59,665 nt of DNA, taken from contig CAZPGS010000002.1 in NCBI GenBank assembly GCA_964586135.1, positions 1 through 59,665 on the forward strand. The letters run 5' to 3'. Made by a program: the position numbers and the translations under genes. The notes beneath the pieces were generated by a model. That model ran no database searches. It worked only from the letters and a program-made list of their open reading frames with translations, and was not told the DNA's origin. The stretch comes from an uncultured Nitrososphaerota archaeon (GTDB lineage: Archaea; Thermoproteota; Methanomethylicia; Nezhaarchaeales; WYZ-LMO8). Positions 1 through 7,461 of this stretch are shown piece by piece. Positions within the stretch are counted from its first letter, which is position 1. Each line of letters starts with the position of its first letter.

Positions 1-94
1 GGCTGGCGCCTCACGGCGCCGCGCTCCCCGACGGAGGGGGACTTTCCTCAGGTGCGCGATGACACCCGAAGGCTGCCCGACCTCTCCCGGCACC
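1..94 (-). ncRNA. rnpB: RNase P RNA, 5' portion (runs off the left window edge)
   Basis: The reverse complement reads GGGUGCCGGGAGAGGUCGGGCAGCCUUCGGGUGUCAUCGCGCACCUGAGGAAAGUCCCCCUCCGUCGGGG... It contains the universal RNase P RNA CR-I/P4 motif GAGGAAAGUCC after GC-rich helices. No credible ORF is present. A TATA-like CTTAAATAC lies about 22-30 nt upstream. The 5' end is approximate. Confidence 0.7.
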
Positions 95-115
95 CAAGTT
101 AAGAGGTCCTTTCAA

Positions 116-133
116 GTATTTAAGCTTAAAAAG
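116..133. promoter_or_regulatory. AT-rich bidirectional promoter region (TATA-like boxes for rnpB and tiaS)
   Basis: GTATTTAAGCTTAAAAAG is the only AT-rich stretch between the RNase P RNA 5' end (about 94, minus) and the tiaS start (162, plus). CTTAAAAAG ends 28 nt before the tiaS start. The reverse-strand CTTAAATAC begins 22 nt before the rnpB 5' end. Confidence 0.4.
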
Positions 134-161
134 CTCTTGTACAAAGTTTGGAGGCTCGGAG

Positions 162-1502
162 TTGTCGTACGACGTCCTCCACGTGGGAGTGGATAGCGTC
201 GACTCTTGGATGGGCGGCTGTACAACCCACTTCGTCTTCGAGGTCTTGAGAGACGTCGCGAACCGGCTTGACGTCAAATTGCTAGACTACCCTCTGCTGG
301 TGAGGCTAAACCCCAACATCCCTTGGAGGACGCGGGGCAACGGTGCCGTGTGCTTGAGGTTAAAGATCCGGAGCAATGAGATCACGACTTTCGAGAAACT
401 GCTTGAGCTAAAGCTTAGGAGCTACACCGACAAGTCCTACGACTGCGACCCCGTAATAGCCTTGCTCTACGGAGAGGGTCACGAAGGTCTCTCAAACTTC
501 TACGAGAAGGCCCTGACCCGCGTAGTGGCGTTGCAAGAGGCACTAGACCTAGCGAAGAGGCACGACGTCAAAGTAATCAAGACTAGGAGTGGCTTGGGGC
601 TCATAGGGGCACTAGCAGCAATAGGCTCCCTGGCGGAGGGGGACTACACATACGAAGTACTGGCCTATAGAGAAGAGGGAGCTCCTAGGCTCGTAGACCA
701 CGACAGCGTCTGGGCCTTGGAGTTTGAGACGTGGCCTTACACATTCAACAACATCGATCCCGAGACGGGGAGGGTGCTCTTGACCCCTCGCGGTCCCGAC
801 CCTGTCCTCTATGGGATTAGAGGGGAGGACCCTGGGACGCTGATGAGGGCTCTAAGGACTCTTAGGGTCTACACAAAGACCGTGGGCCGCTTGCTGTTCA
901 GAAGCAATCAGGGGACGGACTGCCACTACATGAGTGTGAGGGACATAGAAGAGGTAGAGCCCTACTCCTCAATATCTATCAAGGGGAGGGTGGCGTCTAA
1001 GCCCATAGTCATGAGGGGTGGGCACGTGATCTTCAAGCTATCGAGCGGCGGGAAAGAGATTTACTGTGCTGCCTACAAGCCATCGGGCACCGTGAGGGAT
1101 GTAGCTGAGAGGCTCGTGGTCGGCGATGAGGTCGAGGTGTGCGGAGGGGTGAGGAGGTTTCCGGGCTTAGAAGCTCTATCCCTAAATGTAGAGAGGCTCG
1201 TGGTCTTAAGGGCAGAGGAGGAGGTCGAGGAGGAGAACCCTCCATGTCCGAGGTGCGGGAAGAGGCTTAAGAGCATGGGGAGGTGCGGTGGTTATAAGTG
1301 CAAGAGGTGCGGGTTCAAGAGCGTCGACGCCTGCAAACCACTCTTTAGGCGCTCAAGGAGTAAGGTCGAGGGTGTGTACACGCCCCCGCCTAGGTCGATG
1401 AGGCACTTGGCTAAGCCTCTTAGGAGATACGGCCTCGAGAAAAAAGGGCTTTATGAGGGCGAGGAGATGGAGTTAAGGAGGGCCCTAACACTTGAGCGGT
1501 GA
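162..1502 (+). CDS. tiaS: tRNA(Ile2) 2-agmatinylcytidine synthetase TiaS
   Basis: 446-aa ORF with a TTG start. The N-terminal motif VGVDSVDSWMGGCTTH matches the TiaS/DUF1743 GxDDxDS..GCTT signature. A central OB-like region and a C-terminal zinc ribbon (CPRCGKRLKSMGRCGGYKCKRCG) are present. Confidence 0.85.
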   Translation: MSYDVLHVGVDSVDSWMGGCTTHFVFEVLRDVANRLDVKLLDYPLLVRLNPNIPWRTRGNGAVCLRLKIRSNEITTFEKLLELKLRSYTDKSYDCDPVIALLYGEGHEGLSNFYEKALTRVVALQEALDLAKRHDVKVIKTRSGLGLIGALAAIGSLAEGDYTYEVLAYREEGAPRLVDHDSVWALEFETWPYTFNNIDPETGRVLLTPRGPDPVLYGIRGEDPGTLMRALRTLRVYTKTVGRLLFRSNQGTDCHYMSVRDIEEVEPYSSISIKGRVASKPIVMRGGHVIFKLSSGGKEIYCAAYKPSGTVRDVAERLVVGDEVEVCGGVRRFPGLEALSLNVERLVVLRAEEEVEEENPPCPRCGKRLKSMGRCGGYKCKRCGFKSVDACKPLFRRSRSKVEGVYTPPPRSMRHLAKPLRRYGLEKKGLYEGEEMELRRALTLER

Positions 1503-1533
1503 GGATCTCCCCAAGGACATCGAGCTGACGCGC

Positions 1534-1665
1534 ATGAACAACATAGGAAGGGTCTTCAAGTGCAAGTACTGCGGAGCCATCTTCGTGGGTCTCAACGACG
1601 CTAAGAGGCACAGCGAGAGGCCTGATCCTCAATGCTTAAGCCTAAGGAGGAGGGAGAGGGCCTAA
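1534..1665 (+). CDS. small C2H2-like zinc-finger protein (43 aa; 57 aa if TTG 1492 is used)
   Basis: Below the 60-aa cut-off of the ORF track. Translation is MNNIGRVFKCKYCGAIFVGLNDAKRHSERPDPQCLSLRRRERA. The F-x-C-x2-C-x3-F-x5-x-x2-H pattern resembles a C2H2 finger, followed by a basic tail. It sits in the tiaS/moaD-like intergenic gap. Confidence 0.35.
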   Translation: MNNIGRVFKCKYCGAIFVGLNDAKRHSERPDPQCLSLRRRERA

Positions 1666-1686
1666 GCTAGGCCTAAGAGGGCCTGG

Positions 1687-1965
1687 CTACCCCCCACCAG
1701 CCGGCGGAAATATGGAGATGGTAGAGCCGTCCCTGAGCTTAGCCCTCAACCCTCCGAGAAACATGCAATCTCTCCCGTCCACCAAGACTTTCAAATAACT
1801 CTTCAAGTCCTCTCCTTCAAAAATCAGCTCCTTGACCTCGGGCTTCTGATCGACTAGCGACTCTAGCAGTTGCCCCACAGTAGAGTCTTCAGCAAGTTCC
1901 ATCTCGATACTCTTCCAGCCCATGACATTTCTCAAAAAGCCGTAGACTTCTACCTTGACTTTCAA
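1687..1965 (-). CDS. MoaD/ThiS-family ubiquitin-like small protein (SAMP-like)
   Basis: 92 aa with beta-grasp-like sequence and a C-terminal ...SIFPPAGGG ending typical of the MoaD/ThiS/SAMP family. It is divergently transcribed from the tungstopterin-type AOR gene. Confidence 0.7.
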   Translation of the reverse strand: MKVKVEVYGFLRNVMGWKSIEMELAEDSTVGQLLESLVDQKPEVKELIFEGEDLKSYLKVLVDGRDCMFLGGLRAKLRDGSTISIFPPAGGG

Positions 1966-1995
1966 GAGGGCCCCTTCAACTATCTCCTTAAAAAC

Positions 1996-2004
1996 TTTAA
2001 AAAA
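1996..2004 (+). promoter_or_regulatory. TATA-like box upstream of the AOR::HPS gene
   Basis: TTTAAAAAA lies about 32 nt upstream of the TTG at 2036. That start gives an N-terminus (M)GGYVGRMLEVDL that aligns with AOR-family N-termini. Confidence 0.35.
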
Positions 2005-2035
2005 TTTGAGGGAGAAAAAGCCTTGGGGACCAAGG

Positions 2036-4534
2036 TTGGGCGGCTACGTCGGAAGGATGCTTGAAGTGGACTTAACGAGGGACAATGTAGCGGTCATAGA
2101 CTTAGATTGGGACGTGGCCATGAAGTTCGTGGGTGGTAGGGGCTATGCGGTAAAGCTGCTCTTCGATCTATTGAGGCCGGGTATTGATCCGTTAAGCGAG
2201 GACAACATCTTAATATTCATGACCGGGCCCCTAACCGGTACTAGGGCTCCAGCATCAGGTAGATTCGTGGTATCTTCTAAGTCACCTCTAACGAACACCG
2301 TCTTCGATTCTCACTGCGGAGGGGCTTGGGGTCCTGAGTTGAAGAGAGCCGGCTTCGATGGAGTAATAATCAAGGGGAAGAGCCCTAGACCGGTGTACTT
2401 GTTCGTGAGCCACGGCAAGGCCGAGATACGTGACGCGAGCAGAATGTGGGGCCTCGAAACGGACGCCACAACAGATGCTATTAAGAGAGATATAGGGCTT
2501 GACGACGTCAAGGTCTGTTGTATAGGTCCCGCTGGCGAAAACCGAGTAAAGTTTGCCTGCATAATAAGCGAGAGGCATAGAGCTGCTGGAAGAGGCGGCC
2601 TAGGTGCGGTAATGGGCTCCAAAAACCTGAAGGCTATAGCGGTCAAGGGCACGGGCGAGGTCACGGTCGCAAACCCCAAGGCGTTTAACGAGGAAGCCAA
2701 GAAGGCTCTGGAGGTCTTAAGGGGGAACCCGATAACAGGAGACAGCCTAGGGCGCTACGGGACGGCGTTCCTCGTGCACTTGATGAACAAAGCAGGCGTA
2801 TTGCCATCGTACAACTTCACGCGGGGCTTCTTTGAGGGGGCCGAGGACGTGTGCGGTGAGAGGATCACGGAGACCATGCTCGTGAAGAGAACGGCCTGCT
2901 ACGGCTGTCCGATAGCCTGTGCTCGCCTGATAAAGTACAAGATCGGCGAAGAAGTTGTGTCCTCTGGGCCAGAGTACGAAAGCGTATGGGCCTTAGGGCC
3001 GAATTGCGGAATATGGAATGTAAACGTCATAGTACGAGCAAACGATCTGTGCAATAAGTTGGGCTTGGACACGATTTCGATGGGTAACGTGATAGGGTTC
3101 CTCATGGAGTGCCACGAGAGGGGGCTTTTAAAAGGGCTTGGCGAGGTCGACCTAAAGCTCAATTTCGGCAACTCCGATGCGCTGTTGAAATTAATTGTGG
3201 ACACGGCCTACAAGAGGGGGCTCGGTGCGCTGGCGAGCGAGGGGGTCAGCAGAATAGCGAAGACCCTTGGCGCAGAGGACATGGCCGCTCACGTGAAGGG
3301 GCTCGAGCTACCAGCTTACGATCCGCGAGGGGCCAAGGGGATGGCACTAGCCTACGCCACCTCCAACAGGGGGGGTTGCCACTTGAGGGCTTACGTCGTG
3401 ATGAGCGAGATACTCGGAGTCCCTAGATACATAGACCCCTTATCGTATGAAGGCAAGGCCGAGCTGGTCAAGAGGCTCCAAGATGTCTCGGCGGTGATAG
3501 ACTCGCTTGTGATGTGTAAGTACACCATGTTGGCGCTTTTCTCAACGCTAGCTTACGAGCCGACGCACTACGCAAGGCTCCTGACGACGGCAACGGGCTT
3601 CTACGTCGATGAAGAAGAGTTTTACAAGGTGGGGGAGAGGATTTACAACCTCGAGAGGCTGTTCAACATCAGAGAGGGATTCGGTAGGCCTCACGACGTC
3701 CTACCCCTAAGGTTCTTGAGGGAGCCGCTAAGAGAGGGCCCTGCTAAGGGAGAGGTCGTTGACTTAACGAGACTCCTCGACGCCTACTACATGGTCAGGG
3801 GTTGGAACTACGACGGAGTACCGATGGACAAAAAGCTTCGCCAACTAGGCCTGGAGCCCTTGTACACAGGGCCTAAACTTCAAGTAGCAATAGACGAGAG
3901 GTACTTAAAGGACGGCTTGAGCATAGCAGAGGCCTGCTACAGAGGAGGGGCCGAGATCCTCGAAGTTGGGACGCCCCTCATAAAGTCCGCTGGCCTAGAG
4001 GCCGTGAGAGAGTTTAGGAGGAGGTTCCCCTACGCTACAATAGTCGCTGATTTGAAGACCTTCGATACCGGCTGGTTAGAGGTCGAATTGGCGGCCGAAT
4101 CGGGGGCCGACGTAGTGACAGTGCTGGGGGCAACCGACGACTATACGATCAAAGACGCCGTAGGCGCAGCTAGGAAGTACAATGTCAAAATAATGTGCGA
4201 CCTGATAAATGTTCCAGACCCCCTCACTAGGGCCAAAGAGGTGGAGAGGCTTGGATGCGATATAATATGCGTTCACATGGGCATAAGCGTGCAAATGAGG
4301 GAGAGAGACGTGACCAAGAAGATGGCCATGCTCAAGGAGATAGTCAAGAGCGTCAAGGTCCCTGTGGCTGTAGCGGGCGGCGTAAGGCTTGAGCACGTGG
4401 ACGACTTGGTAAGGTGCGGTTGCAAGATAATAATCGTGGGCTCGGCGATAACTAGGTCTTCCAGCCCCGAAGAGGCCACGAGAAGGTTTATAGCGACAAT
4501 ACGAGGGGCTTACGAGGGGCTCAAGAGCTCTTAG
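2036..4534 (+). CDS. Fusion protein: aldehyde/formaldehyde ferredoxin oxidoreductase (AOR family) N-terminal part plus 3-hexulose-6-phosphate synthase (HPS) C-terminal domain
   Basis: Single uninterrupted frame. The N-terminal roughly 610 aa carry AOR-family hallmarks (GGYVGRMLEVDL, FVGGRGYAVKLL, 4Fe-4S ligands in TACYGCPIAC, and the C-terminal YYMVRGWNYDGVP). From about nt 3875 the sequence KLQVAIDE...ILEVGTPLIK...VADLKTFDTG...GADVVTVLG...ICVHMGISVQ...AVAGGV...IIVGSAIT matches HPS/OMP-decarboxylase-fold HxlA-type enzymes. The longest ORF starts at 1955, but TTG 2036 (or ATG 2057) fits homologs better. Confidence 0.85.
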   Translation: MGGYVGRMLEVDLTRDNVAVIDLDWDVAMKFVGGRGYAVKLLFDLLRPGIDPLSEDNILIFMTGPLTGTRAPASGRFVVSSKSPLTNTVFDSHCGGAWGPELKRAGFDGVIIKGKSPRPVYLFVSHGKAEIRDASRMWGLETDATTDAIKRDIGLDDVKVCCIGPAGENRVKFACIISERHRAAGRGGLGAVMGSKNLKAIAVKGTGEVTVANPKAFNEEAKKALEVLRGNPITGDSLGRYGTAFLVHLMNKAGVLPSYNFTRGFFEGAEDVCGERITETMLVKRTACYGCPIACARLIKYKIGEEVVSSGPEYESVWALGPNCGIWNVNVIVRANDLCNKLGLDTISMGNVIGFLMECHERGLLKGLGEVDLKLNFGNSDALLKLIVDTAYKRGLGALASEGVSRIAKTLGAEDMAAHVKGLELPAYDPRGAKGMALAYATSNRGGCHLRAYVVMSEILGVPRYIDPLSYEGKAELVKRLQDVSAVIDSLVMCKYTMLALFSTLAYEPTHYARLLTTATGFYVDEEEFYKVGERIYNLERLFNIREGFGRPHDVLPLRFLREPLREGPAKGEVVDLTRLLDAYYMVRGWNYDGVPMDKKLRQLGLEPLYTGPKLQVAIDERYLKDGLSIAEACYRGGAEILEVGTPLIKSAGLEAVREFRRRFPYATIVADLKTFDTGWLEVELAAESGADVVTVLGATDDYTIKDAVGAARKYNVKIMCDLINVPDPLTRAKEVERLGCDIICVHMGISVQMRERDVTKKMAMLKEIVKSVKVPVAVAGGVRLEHVDDLVRCGCKIIIVGSAITRSSSPEEATRRFIATIRGAYEGLKSS

Positions 4535-6224
4535 CCGAGCTATCCGAGGCAGTCGACCTCTTGAGCCTGTGCTCCAGGCATGCCTTAACGAAGCCGTAGA
4601 ACAGAGGCGAAGGCCTATTTGGCCTCGACTTGAACTCTGGATGGGCCTGCGTCGCCACGAAGAATGGATGATCCTTAAGCTCGATGAATTCGACCCTTCG
4701 ATTATCAACGCTATACCCCGAGAAGACCATGCCGTAGCTCTGGAGGAGCGACCAGTAAGCAGGGTTTATCTCGTATCGGTGTCTGTGCCTCTCAAATATT
4801 ATCGGCCTGCCATAAAGCTCGTAGACTTTAGTTCCGGGCTCGAGGACCGTGGCTTGGGCTCCCAACCTCATCGTCCCGCCGACCTCTTTGACGTGATATT
4901 GCTCCGGCAACAAGTCCACGACGGGGTGACTAGTGGATGGATCCAGCTCTGTTGTGTTTGCGTCCTTAAGGCCCACGACGTTCCTCACGAACTCCACAAC
5001 AGCTAATTGCATACCAAAGCATATACCCAAAAAGGGGATCTTGTTCTCCCTTGCATACTTAATCACCTTCATCTTACCTTCAGCGCCGCGTGCTCCGAAG
5101 CCCGGCAGGACTACTATGCCGTCGCACGAGCTCAAAATCTCTTGGTACTCTCTTGGTATCTCCTCGCCTTGGTCGAGCGGTGTAGCCTCAAGCCAGGTCA
5201 TGTTAACCTTAGTCTCGAGGGCAGCCCCTGCATGCTTTAAGGCCTCTATTATGCTAATGTAGGAGTCCTTCAACCTCGTGTACTTGCCGCACATGCAAAC
5301 ATTGACTTCATGCTTGTGGAACTTGTGCCTCCTCACCACTTCCTTCCAAGAAGACCAGTCCGCCTTGGCGCCATCCAACATCAATCGCCTACAGATGTAG
5401 TCACCCATCCCTTGTTCGTCTAGTATTATTGGTAGCTCGTATATGCACTCGATGTTGTAAGAAGTGAAGACGGCTTCCTCACGGACGTTGCTGTAAAGCG
5501 CTATCTTCTTCTTAGATTCCTCGTCTAGTGGGTACTTACATCGTGCTACTATTACATCGGGCTGTATGCCAATACGCCTGAGCTCTTGCACGCTATGCTG
5601 GAGGGGCTTCGTCTTGAATTCTCCGGTCACCTCAAGTATTGGCACGAGGGCCACGTGTACGAAGAGGGTGTTCGAAGGGCTCTCCTCAAGCCTCATCTGC
5701 CTGATGGCCTCGAGAAATGGGAGGCCCTCTATGTCCCCCGTAGTGCCCCCACACTCAACAAGGGTCACGTCTGCATGGCTTCTCTGAGCTACAGATCGTA
5801 TTCTCCTCTTCACCTCATCAGTTACGTGCGGTATTATTTGCACGCACTTGCCGAGGTACTTGCCCTTTCTCTCGGCCTCTATGACTGCCATGTAGACCTG
5901 TCCCGTCGTGATGTTGTTGTCCTTTGAGAGGTCTATGTCGAGAAAACGCTCGTAGTGGCCAAGATCTAGGTCTACTTCACCTCCATCTTCTGTCACAAAG
6001 ACCTCGCCATGCATGTATACCCGGCTCTAAGCACGAGGCTTAGAGCCTATGGGTTCATGGTTCCTGCATCGACGTTTATGTCTACCCGGCCCACGGGCCT
6101 ATGGGTCTATCTTTATCGCCGTTACCGAGAAGCCCTTGACTCGTAACATCTTACCTATCGATGCTGTCACGGCTCCTTTGCCTACGCCCGACAGGACACC
6201 TCCCGTAATGAATATGTACTTCAT
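4521..6224 (-). CDS. pyrG: CTP synthase, interrupted by two predicted micro-introns
   Basis: Exons on the minus strand are 6224..6101, 6081..6049 and 6016..4521, totalling 1653 nt (550 aa). Exon 1 encodes [41 protein letters not shown], exon 2 (Y)[10 protein letters not shown](Y), and exon 3 [24 protein letters not shown]... through the glutamine amidotransferase domain (GICFGMQ, HRHRYE). The continuous ORF 4521..6014 alone lacks the universal N-terminal P-loop region. Confidence 0.9.
6017..6048 (-). other. predicted BHB micro-intron 2 of pyrG (32 nt)
   Basis: RNA sequence is A-GGCUCUAAG-CCUCGUG-CUUAGAGCC-GGGU-AU. A 9-bp hairpin is flanked by the 4-bp helix ACCC(exon)/GGGU(intron) and two 3-nt bulges AUA/AUA. 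The outer helix is CAUG/CAUG. Cutting after the second nt of each bulge gives the AAC CCA UAC AUG CAU junction (NPYMH). Confidence 0.75.
6082..6100 (-). other. predicted BHB micro-intron 1 of pyrG (19 nt)
   Basis: RNA sequence is A-GGCC-CGUG-GGCC-GGGU-AG. A GC hairpin is flanked by the 4-bp helix ACCC/GGGU and the 3-nt bulges AUA and AGA. Cutting after the second bulge nt gives the GAC CCA UAC AUA AAC junction (DPYIN). The outer exon-exon helix is weak (relaxed HBh' type). Confidence 0.7.
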
Positions 6225-6323
6225 AATCACTCACACAAAGTGCGTCTGACCTCTGAGGTGAGATAAACCTTGCGCGACATTTGCCTTAACTCATCGCAGC
6301 GAAGACGTAAGTCTGGGCTACGT

Positions 6324-6851
6324 CTACGGGTCTTTCTCTAAAACCTCGATCTTTGCTCTCAGCTTCTCAATCATCTTCTGATTGTCAAAGCTCTGCAACA
6401 TCGCACCGCAGTGGGGACATTTGAACTGCTGGTTCATGGCCCTCTCAAACGGCACCCTATCGTTGCAACCACTTGGACATATGAAAAAGACTTTTTGCTC
6501 TTCGTACCGAAGTCTCTCACGTAACCTGTTTAAGACGAGCTTCTTCCTCTCCTTCACGATCTCCTTTAAGCCCTCTTTGTTTAGAGACCAAAAATAGAGA
6601 AAGTAGCTCTTCTCCTCGTCGACTTCCCTCCTATAGGTCACTATGTGCTTATCGAGGAGGTCATAGAGGATGCGCCTCACTTGGTTGAGCCTCATGCCGG
6701 TCCTCTCGGCTATGAGTTCGTCGACCACCTCGCTCTCATTTAGCAGTACTTTGACTACTTTGACCGCCTCTTCGCCACAGAGCAAGGTGATTAACCTCGT
6801 TATTACGTCCGAAGACTCCTTGTCGTAGCGAAGTGGCGCTCCAGAGTTCAT
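6324..6851 (-). CDS. tfe: transcription factor E (TFE alpha, TFIIE-alpha homolog)
   Basis: 175 aa with an N-terminal winged helix (LNESEVVDELIAERTGMRLNQVRRILYDL) and a C-terminal zinc ribbon (CPSGC...CPHCG), typical of archaeal TFE. Confidence 0.85.
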   Translation of the reverse strand: MNSGAPLRYDKESSDVITRLITLLCGEEAVKVVKVLLNESEVVDELIAERTGMRLNQVRRILYDLLDKHIVTYRREVDEEKSYFLYFWSLNKEGLKEIVKERKKLVLNRLRERLRYEEQKVFFICPSGCNDRVPFERAMNQQFKCPHCGAMLQSFDNQKMIEKLRAKIEVLEKDP

Positions 6852-6918
6852 TACATTCTTACACCTGAGTTATAGAGCATCTAAGCAAGTTTAAAAATAC
6901 TGACTTCGCTACTATTCG

Positions 6919-7452
6919 GTGTGCAAAACCAGGATAATAATACTAAGATACGGCCATAGGCCCACGCGGGATAAAAGGGTCAGCACGCATTTGGCCCTCG
7001 TAGCTCGAGCCTTCGGAGCCCACGAAGCATGGTTTGACACGAAGGATGAGGGCTTAGAGAGGAAGATAGCCCAGGTGAACGAAACTTTCGGCGGAAGATT
7101 CGCCGTAAAGACAGGCATAGACTTGGTGAAGGCGATAGCGAGGGCTAAGAGGGAGGGCTCCTGCGTAGTACACTTGACGATGTACGGCATACCCTTGCCC
7201 CAAGTTATAAAAGAGATCAGGGGCAAGGACAAGCTGTTGGTGCTCGTGGGAGGGCCTAAGGTCCCTAAATACTTCTATGAGGTGGCCGACTACAACGTCT
7301 CCATAACAAATCAACCTCATAGTGAAGTGGCCGCCCTGGCGGTGTTCTTGGACTGGTTCTACGGAGGAAGAGAGTTTAACTTTAAGTTTGAGGGAGGGAG
7401 GATCGAAGTCGAACCCTGTGAGAGGGGCAAAAAGGTCAGGGTATTAAGGTGA
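6919..7452 (+). CDS. trm56: tRNA (cytidine56-2'-O)-methyltransferase aTrm56 (SPOUT)
   Basis: GTG start. LRYGHRPTRDKRVSTHLALVARAFGA and the NQPHSEVAALAVFLD motif match the aTrm56 family. Confidence 0.85.
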   Translation: MCKTRIIILRYGHRPTRDKRVSTHLALVARAFGAHEAWFDTKDEGLERKIAQVNETFGGRFAVKTGIDLVKAIARAKREGSCVVHLTMYGIPLPQVIKEIRGKDKLLVLVGGPKVPKYFYEVADYNVSITNQPHSEVAALAVFLDWFYGGREFNFKFEGGRIEVEPCERGKKVRVLR

Positions 7453-7461
7453 ACAGAAGGT

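Noticed and set aside
1-277. 88-aa minus-strand ORF 11..277, and the antisense ORF 1420..1632
   Set aside because: The first overlaps the RNase P RNA and the tiaS promoter and start. The second is antisense to the tiaS 3' end and the small zinc-finger ORF. Neither has a motif.
4076-4708. 210-aa minus-strand ORF bridging the end of the AOR::HPS gene and the end of pyrG
   Set aside because: It overlaps two genes with strong homology, is in a different frame or strand from both, and has no motif.
6012-6224. Alternative explanations for the pyrG breaks: programmed ribosomal frameshifting, stop-codon readthrough, or a simple pseudogene
   Set aside because: Two shifts of 19 and 32 nt cannot be bridged by +1/-1 frameshifting, and each insert contains an in-frame stop. 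Both inserts, and the purA insert, share exact BHB geometry with cut sites that restore invariant motifs. Pseudogene status cannot be excluded without RNA data, but it is unlikely for two essential genes that are otherwise perfectly conserved.
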